Shown: positions 23,699 through 37,087, numbered from the stretch's first letter. The stretch: 64,000 nucleotides of DNA from Squalus acanthias (GCA_030390025.1 CM059432.1:136154001-136218000), one strand, 5' to 3'. Notes: generated by a model not told the origin, from the letters alone. Made by a program: numbers and translations.

Positions 23699-25314
23699 AA
23701 CAGTTATACATTCCTTTCTGGCACAAAAACACAAAAGGAAAAGTGGCCCAACCATGGCTAACAAAAGAAATTAAGGATAGAGGAATCATATAAAGTTGCC
23801 AGAAAAAGTAGCAAGCCTGAGGATTGGGAGCAGTTTAGAGTTCAGCAAAAAAGGACCAAGAGATTGATTAAGAGGGGAAAAATAGAGTATGAGAGTAAAC
23901 TTACAAGGAATATAAAAGCGGATTCTAAAAGCTTCTACAAGTATGTAAAAAGAAAAAGACTAGTGAAGACAAATGTAGGTCCCTTATAGTCAGAAATGGG
24001 AGAATTTATAATGGGGAACAAGGAGCAATTAAACAAATACTTTGGTTCTGTCTTCACGGAAGAGGACACAAATAACTTCCCAGAAATGCTAGGGAACCAA
24101 GGGTCTAGTGAGAAGGAGGGAATTAAAGGAAATTAGTATTAGTGAAAAAATAGTGAGAAATTAATGGGACTGAAAGCCAATAAATCCCCAGGGCCTGATA
24201 ATATGCATCCCAGAGTACTAAAAGAGGTAGCCAAGGAAATAGTGGATGCATTGGTTGTCATCTTCCAAAATTCTATAGATTATGGAACAGTTCCTGCAGA
24301 TTGGAGGGTGGCAGATGTAACCCCACTATTTAAAAAAGGAGGGAGAGAAAAAACAGGGAACTACAGGAGCAAGGATGTCTTACTACAGTTGTACAGGGCC
24401 TTGGTGAGACCACACCTGGAGTACTGTGTGCAGTTTTGGTCTCCTTACCTAAGAAAGGATATACTTGCCATAGAGGGAGTGCAGCGAAGGTTCACCAGAC
24501 TGATTCCTGGGATGGCAGGACTGTTGTATGAGGAGAGATTGGGTTGACTAGGCCTGTATTCACTAGAGTTTAGAAGAATGAGAGGGGATCTCATTGAAAC
24601 GTAAACAATTCTGACAGGGCTAGACAGACTGGATGCAGGGAGGATGTTTCACCTGGCTGGGGGTCTAGAACGAGGGGTCACAGTCTCAGGATACGGGGTA
24701 GGACATTTAGGACTGAGATGAGGAGAAATTTCTTCACTCAGAGGGTGGTGAACCTGTGGAATTCTCTACCACAGAAGGCTGTGGAGGCCAAGTCACTGAA
24801 TATATTTAAGAAGGAGATAGATAGATTTCTAGACACAAAAGGCATCAAGGGGTATGGGGAGAGAGCGGGAATATGGTATTTAGATAGAGGATCAGCCATG
24901 ATCATAATGAATGGCGGAGCAGGCTCGAAGGGCTAAATGGCCTACTCCTGCTCCTATTTTTCTATGTTTTTTTTCTATGTTTCTAAATAATGGAAAAATC
25001 ACACAAGCTGGAAGCTGCTCTCTGACACAAGTTGGTTGGTGGGAACCATGGTAAATCTGTATAGGGACATTAGTTGTAAATGCTGACCTGTAGCTTCAGG
25101 GGTCTCCCTCTCTCACGGGGGTCTCATTCGAGAAGGGCGGGGAGTCCAGGGCAGTCCAGACAAAAGGGCACTCCTGCTTCTCCGGAGCTTGCTGCGAGCA
25201 AATTGGCCGCCGCCTTTCTTATGCTACAACAGTGACTACACTTCAAAAATACTTCATTAGTTGTAATGCACTTTGGGAGGTCCCAAGGTTGTGAAAGATG
25301 CGATAAAAAGGTAG

Positions 25315-25397
25315 GTTTCTTTCCTTCTTCCCTTCCTCCCTCCCTTCCTCCCTCTCTCCCTCTCTTCCTCCCTCCCTTCCTTCCTTCCTTCCTTCCG
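25315..25397. repeat. (CCTT/CCCT)n microsatellite at a DeuSINE tail
   Basis: Visible polypyrimidine repeat following the SINE 3' fragment at ~25195-25315. Confidence 0.85.
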
Positions 25398-25455
25398 CTT
25401 GCTCGCTCGGGTCGCAGCTAAAATTGCAGTGGGGTCTAAATGAAATCATCGGGAC

Positions 25456-25602
25456 CAATGTTCCCTCTAATTTTTTTTTTGGTTACCAATGGGCCACGCG
25501 GCCCAATTAAATTTCTGCACATGTGCGGTTTTTCCATTGAGAAACCGGCAAGCGGCCTGCGCTGGAGCTTCAGATAGCTGTGTAGCCCCGCCGGGAACAT
25601 TG
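25456..25602. mobile_element. Short hAT-type MITE
   Basis: TIR CAATGTTCCC / GGGAACATTG. 8-bp TSD ATCGGGAC/ATTGGGAT (6/8 match). Confidence 0.75.
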
Positions 25603-25747
25603 ATTGGGATCCATCAGGCATATGTAATGGAGGTCTCCGTTGGCTTTGGGTGGGTTACCTCGCTGCCTGCTCAGTAGAGCACATTAAAATACTGTTGAGT
25701 GGGAAGGGATAAAATCACCACCACAGTGACAAATTTGGGGCAGTTTT

Positions 25748-27410
25748 AGAAACATAGAATGGTTACAGCATGGAAGAAGGCCATTTGGCCCGTCAAGCCC
25801 GTGCAAACTCTCAGCTAGTCCCACTCCCCCGCCCTTTCCCCGTAGCCCTGCAAATTTTTTTCCTTCAGATACTTATCCAACTCCCTTTTGAAAGATAAGA
25901 TTGAGTCTACCTCCACCACGCTTTCAGGCAGTGCATTCCAGATCTTAACCACTCGCTGCATAAAAATGTTTTTTCTTACGTCGCCTTTGGTTCTTTTGCC
26001 AATCACCTTAAATCTGTGTCCTCTGGTTCTCGACCCTTTGCCAATGGGAACAGTTTCTCTCTATCTACTCTGTCCAGGCCCCTCATGATTTTGAACAACT
26101 CTATCAAATCTCCTCTCAATCTTCTCTGCTCCAAGGAGAACAACCCCAGCTTCTCCAGTCTATCAACGTAACTGAAGTTTCTCATTCCTGGAATCATTCT
26201 CATAAATCTTTTCTGCACCTTCTCTCAGGCCTTCACATCCTTCCTAAAGTTCGGTGCCCAGAATTGGACACAGTACTCCAGTTGGGGCCGAACCAACGTT
26301 TTATACAGGTTCATCATTATTTCCACACTTTTGTACTCTATACCTCTATTCATGAAGCCCAGGATCCAGTAAGCCTTTTTAACTGCTTTCTCAACCTGCC
26401 TTGCCACCTTCAACAATTTGTGCACACGTACCCCTAGCTCTCTCTGTTTTTGCACCCCCTTTAGGATTGTACCATTTAGTTTATATGTCCTCTCCTCATT
26501 CTTTCTACCAAAATGTATCACTTCAAACTATTCTGCGTTAAATTTCATCTGCCACGTGTCCACCCATTTCACCAGCCTGTTTATGTCTTCCTGATGTCTA
26601 TCACTCTCCTACTCACTGTTCACTATACTTCCAAGTTTTGTGTCATCTGCAAATTTTGAAATTGTGCCCTGTACACCCATGTCCAAGTCATTAATATATA
26701 TCAAGAAAAGCAGTGGTCCTAGAACCAACTCTTGGGGAACACCACTGTATACCTTCCTCCAGTCCGAAAAACAACCGTTCACCACTACTCTCTGTTTCCT
26801 GTCACTTAGCCAATTTCGTATCCATGCTGCCACTGTCCCTTTTATTCCATGAGCTTCAACTTTGCTGGCGAACCTATTATGTGGCACTTTGTTGACCGCC
26901 TTTTGGAAACCCATGTACACTACATCAACTGCATCACCCTCATCAACCCTCTCTGTTACCTCATCAAAAAACTCGAACATGTTAGTTAAACACGATTTGC
27001 CTTTAACAAATCTGTTCTTGCTTTCCTTAATTAATCCACACCTATCCAAGTGACTGTTAATTTTGTCCCTGATTACTGTTTCTAAAAGCTTCCCCACTAC
27101 TGAGGTTAAACTGACTGGCCTGTAGTTGCTGGGTTTATCTTTACACCTTTTTTTGAACAATGGTGTAACATTTGCAATTCTCCAGTCCTCTGGCACCACC
27201 CCTGTATCTATGGAGGATTGGAATATTATGGCCAGTACCTCCGTGATTTCCGCCCTCAATTCCCTCAGCATCCTAGGATGCATCCCATCCGCTTCTGGTG
27301 GTTTATCTACTTTAAGAACAGCCAGCCTTTCTAATACCTCTTCTTTATCAATTTTTATACTATCAAGTGTCTCCACTACCTCCTTCTTCATTATGTCTAT
27401 GGCAGCATTT
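25748..27410 (-). mobile_element. CR1 LINE, RT region to 3' tail, frameshifted
   Basis: ORFs 26609-27541, 26225-26521, 26003-26218 and 25815-26006 are consecutive CR1 ORF2 pieces (NYRPVSLTSVVGK, FADDTKL, RPQLEYCVQFW). Confidence 0.9.
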
Positions 27411-27464
27411 TGTGCTATGTTGTCTGTGGCAGCATTTTGTGCTTTGGGTTCACATCTTCTAGGA

Positions 27465-28070
27465 AGTGGCTTATGATTCGGTGATCGCTTTGTTGAACAC
27501 CTCTGTTCAATCCGTAAGTGTGACCCTGAGCTTCCGGTCACTTGCCACTTTAATTCTCTGCCCCACTCCCACTCTGACCTCTCTGTCCTCGGCCTCTTAC
27601 ACTATCCCAGTGAAGCTCAACGCAAACTTGAGGAACAGCAGCTCATCTTTCGATTACACACTTTACACCCTTCAGGTCTCAACATTGAGTGCAACAACTT
27701 TAGATCATAACCACGGCTCCCATTTTCTCTGACAGCGCGCGCTAGTAGTGGTTCTGCTGTTGCCATTTACGGCTCCTCTGGACTCATCTTTTGTTTCTTT
27801 ACTTGTCCCATTTACCACCTCTTTTGTCTTGCACCATCATCCCTTTTGTCATTTAATCAATCCTGCCTTCCACTCTTAACCACTTTGTTCTTTCCTCCTG
27901 CCCCGCCCGCCCCCTTTTCCCCTGCCTCTGTACTTGCTTAAAAACTGTTAAATCTCTAACATCTTCCCGTTCTGATGAAAGGCCATCGACCTGAAGCATA
28001 ACTCTCTTTCTCTCTCCACAGATGCTGCCTGAACTGCTGAGTCTTTCTTGCACTTTCTGCTTTTACTTCC
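27465..28070 (+). mobile_element. Penelope-like element 3' fragment (family B) with a degenerate hammerhead at ~27969-28002
   Basis: Homologous to 48596-49190 (GDRFxEHL..RKLEEQxLIF). CTGATGA..GAAG core. Confidence 0.85.
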
Positions 28071-28883
28071 CAAACTTGTTTCACTCAGAATCCTTATACT
28101 CCTCAGAGACAAAATCTTTCATTCCATCAGTCTGGGTGAGTCCCCGGGGTGAGTGGACAGTGTTCTAGATAATACACTGCCCAACCTTCAAATTAAAGAC
28201 GTTTTAATCATAAAACAAGGAATGTTTTAGCGATTTAATATAGAGGAACCAGGGTAAAGGTCTTCATAGAGATAACGACAAACTGGGCAAAAAGAAATGA
28301 TATCACATTCACTGGAATTTTACACCAAAGGCTGTGGGTTTTTTAGGCTTCAAGAATTATTGGCCATTACTTAATTGAACCAATCCTATCAACCTTGGAT
28401 TCCAACCACTATTCTTCATAAAGTGGCAATCTACCTAATCTCTGCCAACCAAGAGTAAATACCTCGAGCCTGTTTGTGACTTCCAATTTATCAGTATCAT
28501 TTTCTTACCTACCAACAGTTGAAGATTGTTTTTTTTTTACCTGAGGTTTGATATAATTGCTCGTATTGGAAAATGAGGAATGTATTTTCAATCTATTCTA
28601 AAGAAATGACTAGAGTTCTCAAACCTTTAAGTATTTTCAGAAAACTATCAAGAATAAAAGCACAGAATTTTTAAAAAAGCGCCACAAGGCACAATGACTT
28701 TACAGGGAGCTGTCCTATGGACGACAATGGGATAGTGGAGCGGCAGCCCGTTTTACACTCTGCCTGAGTTTCTTTTCAACAACAACAACAACAACTTGCA
28801 TTTAACGCAGTAGAACGTCCCAAAGCACTTCACAGGAGCAATTACCAAACAGAATTTGACACCGAGCCACATAAGGAGATATT

Positions 28884-29400
28884 GGCCCAGAAATTAGGCT
28901 CCCTGGCTTCCCGCGGGTGCAATGATCGCGCGCGCACCTACCTACCGCGCCTGCCGTTGACCTCTGGGCCCGCGGGGACTTCAGCTCCTGGGCCTGCTCC
29001 AACTGTAGACGCGCAGTGCTTGCGTGTCCCAGGGGCGCAGTTAGTGCGATGCGTCCCCTGGGATCACGTGGGCCATGGAGAGCCAATGGCAGCAGACCAT
29101 CTTTCATTCATAGATTTAACAGGAAGACCTGTCAAATCTATGAATTGAAATCGGCCCCAAAACAACACCGCAGCTTCTTCATACTTACCCTCCTGGAGAA
29201 ACCTGAAAAAAAACCTAAGTTTGCTGCGTGCGCGCAGCCTCTACCGCGCACGCGGTTCACCTCTGAACCGCTCCCTTCACGAGATCGGAAGTTCCGGTTT
29301 CCCGCGCATGCGCAGTGCATGCAGGAAACCGGCACTTCAGGAGGCCTTACGGGTGAGTACACAGTGCGTACTCACCCGGCAAGGGCCGAATTTTTGGCCC
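28884..29400. mobile_element. Harbinger-type MITE inserted in an L2 3' end (~28780-29450, minus strand)
   Basis: TIRs GGCCCAGAAATT / GGGCCAAAAATT, TSD ATT. Same family as 2725-3436. Confidence 0.85.
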
Positions 29401-29467
29401 ATTAAGACAGGTGACCAAACGCTTGGTCATAGAGGTAGGTTTTAAAGAAGAAATAAAGAAAGAGAGA

Positions 29468-29612
29468 ACTTGCATTTCTGTAGCGCCTTTCACAACCTCT
29501 GGACGCCCCAAAGTGCTTTAAAGCCGATGAAGAACTTTTGAAGTGCAGCCACTGTTGTAATGTAGGAAACTCGGCAGCCAATTTGTGCACAGCAAGCTCC
29601 CACAAACAGCAA
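29468..29612 (-). mobile_element. DeuSINE 3' fragment
   Basis: Matches the 3' part of the other DeuSINE copies. Confidence 0.75.
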
Positions 29613-29899
29613 CAGAAGCGAGTTCAAGAGGGTTTCGTGAACGCAGAAGGAGGGGGAGCCCAGGGATGTAGCAGTCCATGTTATCTTTCTAGGGCCTGGA
29701 GAAGCAATCCTGCGCCTCCTGGCCTCAGAAAAATAATTTGAGTATTTAACTCCTCCAATCAGCACTTACGTCTGTCTGTCTGTCTGTCTGTCTGCCAATC
29801 TATCTATCTCTATCTATAGCATTTATTATCTTTCTAGCTGTCAATCTAACAACCATTAGGACCAGTCCCCTATCTATCTATTATCTCTTTACTAAATAT

Positions 29900-30690
29900 T
29901 GGGAAGACCGTAGCTATTGTCTTTGGTCCACACCACAAACTCCGTTCCCTAGCCACCAACTCCATTCCTCTCCCTGGCAACTGATGAGCTTCCGACTACA
30001 AACCTCTCCATCACCAAGACCGACTACTTCCACCTCCATAAGATTGCCCGCCTCCGCCCCTGCCTCAGCTCATCAGCGGCTAAAAACCCTCATCCATGCC
30101 TTTGTTACCTCTAGACTTGACTATTCCAATGCTCTCCTGCCCGGCCTCCCATCTTCCATCCTTCATAAACTTGAGCTCATCCAAACCTCTGCTGCCCGTG
30201 TCCTAACTCGCACCAAGTCCCGTTCACCCGTCACCCCTGGGCTCGCTGACCTACATTGGCTCCCGGTCCGGCAATGCCTTGAGTTTGAAATTCTCATCCT
30301 TATTTTCAAATCCCTCCATGGCCTCGCCCCTCCCTATCTCTGTAATCTCCTCCAGCCCTACAACCCTCCGACATATCTGCGCTCTTCCAATTCTGGCTTC
30401 TTGTGTATCCCCGACTTTAATCGCTCCACCACTGGCTGCTGTCCCTTCAGCTGCCTGGGCCCCAAGCTCTGGAATTCCTTCCTTAAATCTCTCCGCCTCT
30501 CTACCTCTCTCTCCTCCTTTAAGACGCTCCTTAAAACCTACCTCTTTGACCAAGCTTTAGGTCATCTGTCCTAATATCTCCTTATGTGACTCGGTGTCAA
30601 ATTATGTTTGATAATCGCTCCTGTGAAGCGCCTTGGGATGTTTTACTATGTTAAAGACGCTATATAAATGCAAGTTGTGTTTTTTTTTTG
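29900..30690 (+). mobile_element. L2-clade LINE 3' part
   Basis: LIHAFVTSRLDYSNALL..LHWLPV..LWNS..FKTLLKTYLF, with tail GCTATATAAATGCAAGTTG. Confidence 0.9.
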
Positions 30691-31462
30691 TTACTGTATA
30701 TATCTATCAATAAAATTGTATTGGAAAGGTGGAAAGGGCTATTCGCAGAAATTATTCTGGTATGTTTATTATCCTGAAGCAGGTTAAACTCACAAGGACA
30801 TATTTGAAACATTACCCATTCAACTGAGGTGCTGCACTCTCCATTGGAAACATTCGAACATAAATTTCTGTCTTCTGCCTCCCTTGTGAGTTAGTCCAAC
30901 AGGAGCGGACAAAAGAGCACTCTGAACTCGAAACAAATAGAATAATATTTGGTTGTGCCGGCCCACTGAGATTTATTGCACTTGACACAGCAGTGTTGCG
31001 GCTCAACAGAATGATGAAAGACCTTTAAGGCGTTACATTCCATTTGCAGGTAGCATTTTCTCAACATATATTAGTTTAATCGTATTTTGTCCCTCACTAT
31101 AAAAACCAAGACCCTAAGCAGATGGACTATAAAGATAAAGAGCTCCTCCGATGCTATACACGCAGATTTATTTACGTAACTGCGTATGTGAGGGGACAAT
31201 TTATTTATATCTACTCACAATGGGTTGGGAAAAAACGTAGGTATTTATTTTCTGGGATCCAATCTAGAAACATTTACTTCACTCTCTCTGGGGAGGTCTT
31301 TTGCAAACTTTGTCCCAAATCCTTTAAGTGGAGATGTGCAGTGACCCCAGTTCAAACGTTCTTCATTGACTGTAAAGCACTTTGAGACATCGTGAAAGGT
31401 GCTATATAAATGCAAGTCTTTCTTTTCTTTCTTAAATGTCAGCTCAAGCCTGGATTATTGTA

Positions 31463-31698
31463 CATGATGTGGAGATGCCGGCGTTGGACTGGGGTGGACA
31501 AAAATGAGAAGTCGCACAACACCGGGTTATAGTCCAACTGATTTATTTAAAATTACAAGCTCTCGGAGCTATCGATCGCCCCTTCTTCAGGTAAAGTTAC
31601 TATGAGTGAATCTACAAAAGCTCACAGAATTTAAACACAGAAAAAGCAGAGATACAATCTTTCCTTACATCAAAGACACACCAAGAGCACAGCCAAGA
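31463..31698 (-). mobile_element. Penelope-like element 3' fragment (family A)
   Basis: Homologous to 46335-46568. 13-bp TSD CTGGATTATTGTA (31450-31462, 31699-31711). Confidence 0.85.
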
Positions 31699-32929
31699 CT
31701 GGATTATTGTAGGTGACCAATGATGAAACAGCCCTTGCCAGCTGTGTGGGCAAAACTACTTACCTTTTTGGTGGCAGCCTCCAGCGGTCCGTTTAAAGAC
31801 CCTCCGGTTTGGCTGCTTTGCCCCTCAGAAAATTGACCGTTACATGCACGGCACATGCTGCTTTCCGTTGTGACCAATATTGGAAAGGGTCGTTAGGCCC
31901 TCAATCCGCACCAGCAATGGGCCTAACAACTGATTCAGGCCAGCACCCCAGGCGACTACAGAGCGCCCTAATCAACATGGCATGTGGCGCGTACCTGGCG
32001 CGAAATGAACGGGCGCACGTGGCATATTGGACCCTTCGCCTGAAAAATGGGGGCTGTGCGATTCAATTTCTAGGCAGTTTAGTGCTATTTAGTGCTCATC
32101 AATGTGAGGGATGCTCGTGCTAGAGAATGCAACACTTTTTATTTCAGGTGCGATTAGGTGCAGAGTGAAGCTCTCTCTACATTGTCCCAACAATGTGCTT
32201 CAGCTTCAAATGAAGAATAGCACCTCTTAATGCATCAGTGTAATAATTTGCCTTTTCTCACATTAGCCATTCTCGGGACTCCCTGAGTAAGATTGACAAC
32301 GTAGTGCCAATTAGTGTGAAATAAGGAGACATTTTGTGCTGTACGCTCATGGCTTTCGGAACTCAATTGAAACTGCCCAAACTCATTTCACATTGGAGTC
32401 TAGAGTCGGCAGGAGTGTAACATGGACATGAGATAAGACAAAGCCTCATGGTCAAAAAACACTGAGGAACTAGTGACCATAACCTAATTAGGTTCACATT
32501 TAAAAGAGATAAAGAAAAAGCTCAGTCAGATACAAAGCTGTTAGTCTGGAAATTAGTTAATTTAACGGGAGGAAAAGGTGACCTGGCCCAGATTAATTGA
32601 CTAGAAAAAGCAGCAGATCATTTAGCAGTAGGTGATATTTAATGGTGAGGGCCCTGAAAATCTGTTGGGCAGTGCATGCTGGCGTAAGTGCCGATCTGTG
32701 CCAACCCTAGACATCCACCGCAACCCATTAAATTTGACTGCTCCTGGGAGGTCCCCATCAGCATCTTGTGCCATTCCTGCAAAAACAGAAAGAGGCCATT
32801 GTTACAAAAAGACATTGAGAGTAAAATAACATTGGGCTGCCGTGTGCAATGTGCTGCAGATGTTTGGCAGCTTGCGGAAAGATGTAGGGTGGTGCGTGAA
32901 GAAAGGATCTTTCCCTTACCAACCCTGCA

Positions 32930-33240
32930 TCACAGAATCACAGAATCCCCACTATGCAGATAGAGGCCATTTCGGCCCATCGAGCCTGCACCAACACATA
33001 TCCCACCCTATCCCCACGTATTTAATCCCCCTAACACTAAGGGTCAATTTATCATAGCCAAATCAACCTAACCCACACATCTTTGGACTGTGGGAGGAAA
33101 CCGGAGCACCCGGAGGAAACCCACGCAGACACGGGGAGAATGTGCAAACTCCACACACACAGTCACCTGAGGCTGGATTTGAACCCTGGTCCCTGACACT
33201 GTGAGGCAACAGTGCTAACCACTATGCCACCGTGTTGCCC
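32930..33240 (-). mobile_element. HE1-like V-SINE
   Basis: Near-exact reverse complement of 8952-9271. Confidence 0.9.
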
Positions 33241-33389
33241 ACCTTGTTGCTGCCCCATTTCTGGCCAACTCCTGCAACTACCAGCCCTGAATTTGTGAGG
33301 TCTGGGATTCAAATGGGGTAAGGTCTCGGATAAAAGCTTGGCCCCTCTTCAGTTGGAGCCAACTTCCTTCTGTTGTATGCTGCCCTCTC

Positions 33390-33795
33390 CTACAACAACT
33401 TGCATTGATATAGCGCCTTTTAGTAAAACATCCCAAAGTGCTTCACAGGAACGTTATCAAACAAAATTTGATGCTGAGCCACATAAGGAGATATTAGGAC
33501 AGGTGACCAAAAGCTTGGTAAAGAGGTAGGTTTTAAGGAGCATCTTAAAGGAAGAGAGAGAGGCAGAGAGGCTTAGGAGGGATTTCCAGAGATTAGAGCC
33601 CAGGCAGCTCGAGGCACGGCCGCCAATGGTAGAGCGATTAAAATCGGTGATGCGCAAGAAGCTAGAATTGAATGACCGCAGAGATCTCGAAAGCTTGTAC
33701 GGCTGGAAGAGGGTTACAGAGATAGGGAAGGGCAAGGCCATGGAGGGATTTGAAAACAAGGGTGAGAATTTTAAAACTGAGGCGTTGCTGGACCG
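33390..33795 (-). mobile_element. L2-clade LINE 3' fragment
   Basis: FKILTLVFKSLHGLALPYL. Matches 30260-30680. Confidence 0.85.
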
Positions 33796-34044
33796 GGAAA
33801 AGTTGAAGCAGGAATACAGAAAGGTGATGGAATCTGCCTATCCCCACGTGCAAAGGGTGGACTCTGTCCAAGGCAACCTTGTATTGAAGAAGGAGTGCTG
33901 GGAAAGGAGATGGTGGACACTGCGCTGTAGAGGGTACAGACAACTGTGGGAGGAAGAGATTGTGAAGGAAGGGATGGATAGAAAGTCAGAGAGCATTTCC
34001 TGCTAGTTTAGTAGAGAGAATAAAGCAGAGGTGCCCATGCACCT

Positions 34045-34320
34045 GCCTACCTTGCTCGTCCAGGTGAGGCCATTGACTTTATCCCTGCACTGCAATCAGG
34101 TCCTCTGTACTGAGCTACTGGCATTGATTTTGTTGGCCACTTCCTGCCACGCTCTTCGAGCCACAGCTTTGTTCACTTTCCGGCCATGCTGTGGAAAAAG
34201 GGCCGCCCGCCTCTCTTTATCTTCCTGCAACAACAACTCTATGCCTTTGTCTTCAAAGCAAGGTCCCCTGCTTCTTCTTGCAGTGCACTCAATAGAGGCC
34301 ACCATACGTGCCCACTCCAT
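34045..34320 (-). pseudogene. Decayed Myb/SANT-like DNA-binding exon (Harbinger remnant)
   Basis: FEDKGIELLLQE..RRAALF..RRAWQEVANKINASSSVQRT*LQCRDK parallels the motif at 62199-62435. Confidence 0.7.
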
Positions 34321-34334
34321 TCAAATGGTCTGAA

Positions 34335-35640
34335 CCAATAGGAATGCAATCAGGGATATATTGGCCTTGGAGCAGGAGCAGCGCAGATACACCAGAATGA
34401 TACCGGACCTAAAAGGGTTAAATTATGTGGACAGGTTGCATGGAAACATAGAAGATAGGAGCAGGAGTAGGCCATTCGACTCCTCGAGCCTGCTCCGCCA
34501 TTCAATGCGATCATGGCTGATCATCCAAATTCAGTACCCTGTCCCTGCTTTCTCCCCAATTCCCTTGATCCCCTTAGCCTTAAGAAATATATCTAACTCC
34601 TTCTTGAATATATTTAATGAATTGGCCTCAACTGCCTTCTGTGGAAGAGAATTCCACAGGTTCACCACTCTCTGGGTGAGAAATTCCTCCTCATCTCAGT
34701 CCTGAATGGCCTACCCCTTATCCTTAGACTGTGACCCCTGGTTCTGGACTCCCCCGCCATCGGGAACATCCTTCCTGCATCTAGTCTGTCTAGTCCTGTT
34801 AGAATTTTATAAGTTTCAATGAGATCCCCTCTCATTCTTCTAAACTCTAGCGAATATAAGCCTAATCGACCCAATCTCTCTTCATACGTCATTCCTGCCA
34901 TCCCAGGTATCAGTCTGGTGAATCTTCGCTGCACTCCCTCCATGGCAAGAACATCCTTGCTCAGATAAGGTGACCAAAACTGCACACAATACTCAAGGTG
35001 TGGTCTCACCAAGGCCCTGTACAACTGCAGCAAGACATCCTTGCTCCTGTACTCGAATCCTCTCGCTATGAAGGCCAACATACCATTTACCTTCTTAACT
35101 GCCTGCTGCACCTGCATACTTACCTTCAGTGACTGGTGCACAAGGACACCCAGGTCTCGTTGCACTTAGCCTTTTCCCAATCTATTGCCGTTCAGATAAT
35201 AATCTGCCTTCCTGTATAAACTAGGCTTGTATTCCCTTGATTATATCAGATTAAGGGATGATCTAATTGCGGTGTTTAAGATGAGTAAAGGATTTGATAG
35301 GTTAGATAGAGAGAAACTATTTCCTCTGGTGGGGGAGCCTAGAACAAGAGGGCATAACCTTAAAATTAGAGCTCAGCCATTCAGGGGTGATGTCAGGAAG
35401 CACTTCTTCACACAAAGGGTAGTGGAAATCTGGAACTCTCTCCCCCAAAAAGCTGTTGAGGCGAGGGACAATTGAACATTTCAAAACTGAGATTAATAGA
35501 TTTTTGTTAGACAAGGGTACTAAGGGATATGGAACCAAGGCGGGTGGATGGATTTAAGATACAGATCAGCCATGATCTAATTGAATGGCGGAACAGGCCC
35601 GAGGGGCTGAATGGACTCAACCTGTTCCTATGTTCCTATG
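34335..35640 (+). mobile_element. CR1 3' fragment split by an inverted CR1 (34443-35213, minus strand)
   Basis: GACAGGTTGCAT..AAACTAGGCTTG rejoin. Inner ORF 34662-35165 is the CR1 ORF2 C-terminus. Confidence 0.85.
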
Positions 35641-35644
35641 AATG

Positions 35645-36232
35645 TCTGGGTGGGGCACTCACCTCCTGACTCCCCAAAGCCTTTCCACCATCTACAAGGC
35701 ACAAGTCAGGAGTGTGATGGAATACTCTCCACTTGCCTGGATGAGTGCAGCTCCAACACACTCAAGAAGCTCGACACCATCCAGGACAAAGCAGCCCGCT
35801 TGATTGGCATCCCATCCACCACCTTAAACATTCACTCCTTCTACCACTCCCTCAATGAGGTTGCAGTGTGTACCATCTACAAGATACACTGCAGCAACTC
35901 CTACTTCGACAGGCTACTTTGACAGCACCTCCCAAACCCGCGACCTCTTCCACCTAGGACAAGGGCAGCAGGCGCACGGGAACACCACCACCTCCAAGTT
36001 CCCCTCTAAGTCACACACCATCCTGACTTGGAAATATATCACCGATCCTTCATCGTTGCTGGGTCAAAATCCTGGAACTCCCTCCCTAATGCACTGTGGG
36101 AGTACCTTCACTACACGGACTGCAGCGGTTCAAGAAGGTGGCTCACCACCACCTTCTCAAGGGCAACTAGGGATGTAAAATAAATGCTGGCCTTGCCAGC
36201 GACGCCCACATCCCAAGAATGAATAAAAAAAA
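35645..36232 (+). mobile_element. LINE 3' fragment, same family as 12385-13330
   Basis: Direct homology, same tail followed by an A-rich end. Confidence 0.85.
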
Positions 36233-36821
36233 CTGTGCTCATGTGGAGACCCAAGTGGGAAATCAATCCATTGTAGTCCTAATTATGAGATGAAGTTTCT
36301 GAGTGTTTAGAAATGCAGAGACAGTTAGAAGGGCCTGCATTCTCACCTTAGCAGCAGGGTCAGAGGGTCACACTGGGTCGGAGTTTATCAGGTATGCATG
36401 GTGGTCTTCCAGCAAGATTCACACTGCCGAGAGGGAGCCAACCATTGCCCGCTTGCTAAATCCCAGCAGTGTGATGCAGAGGGTCTGCTGTTGCAACATC
36501 AGAAGAGGCGGATGGGCAGAAGTGCCCTGAAGATTGGATGATTGGCAGAGACTAAGGCCTGCAAAGGTTTTGAGGGTAAACAGTGAAAGATTGGATGCCC
36601 TGATTGCTTCAGATCCCTGGAGGGAAGGAGGTGTTGAGAAAGAAGTTCTTACCTGCAAGCAATTTCTGCTCTTGGGTACCTACAGACCCTCTGGTGTGGG
36701 ATACTCCTGTGGTAGGCCACTGCACAAGCTTTCTTCAGGTGCCCCCCAACATTAGAGTGCCCAATAACATTACCACAGCAAAATGAGGTGACAAGCCAGG
36801 AACAAGCACCCCTTTTGCACC

Positions 36822-37087
36822 TAGAGTTGCCAACTCTCGTCGGACATATTCCTGGCGGTTTCATCAAATGACTTCCCGCCTCCAACCGTCCCGCCCCAGT
36901 CAAACAGCCATTTTTCTCCATCTTCAATATTTTTATGATTAATAAATGAAAATGTTCAAAGAAAGAAAACACATTTGTTATTAATGCCCTATGATTTTTT
37001 TCTCCCAGGTTGCTTGTAGCAGTGTCCAGAAGATTAATCGTTAACTCCCAGAGACTCCAGGACAATCCTGGAGAGTTGGCAAGCCTA
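36822..37087. mobile_element. hAT-type MITE, copy 2
   Basis: TAGAGTTGCCAAC..GTTGGCAAGCCTA. TSD TTTGCACC/TTCGCTCC. Confidence 0.75.

Larger units (their letters stand above)
19400..24985 (+). mobile_element. Decayed full-length CR1 (5'UTR, ORF1 ~20098-21020, endonuclease ~21260-22080, RT part ~23700-24880) with nested insertions and an internal deletion
   Basis: ORF1 remnants LSNRFEVL and DGLHLN. Endonuclease VYRPP and GDFN. Many stops and frameshifts. Ends in a (TTTCTATG)n tail. Confidence 0.9.
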
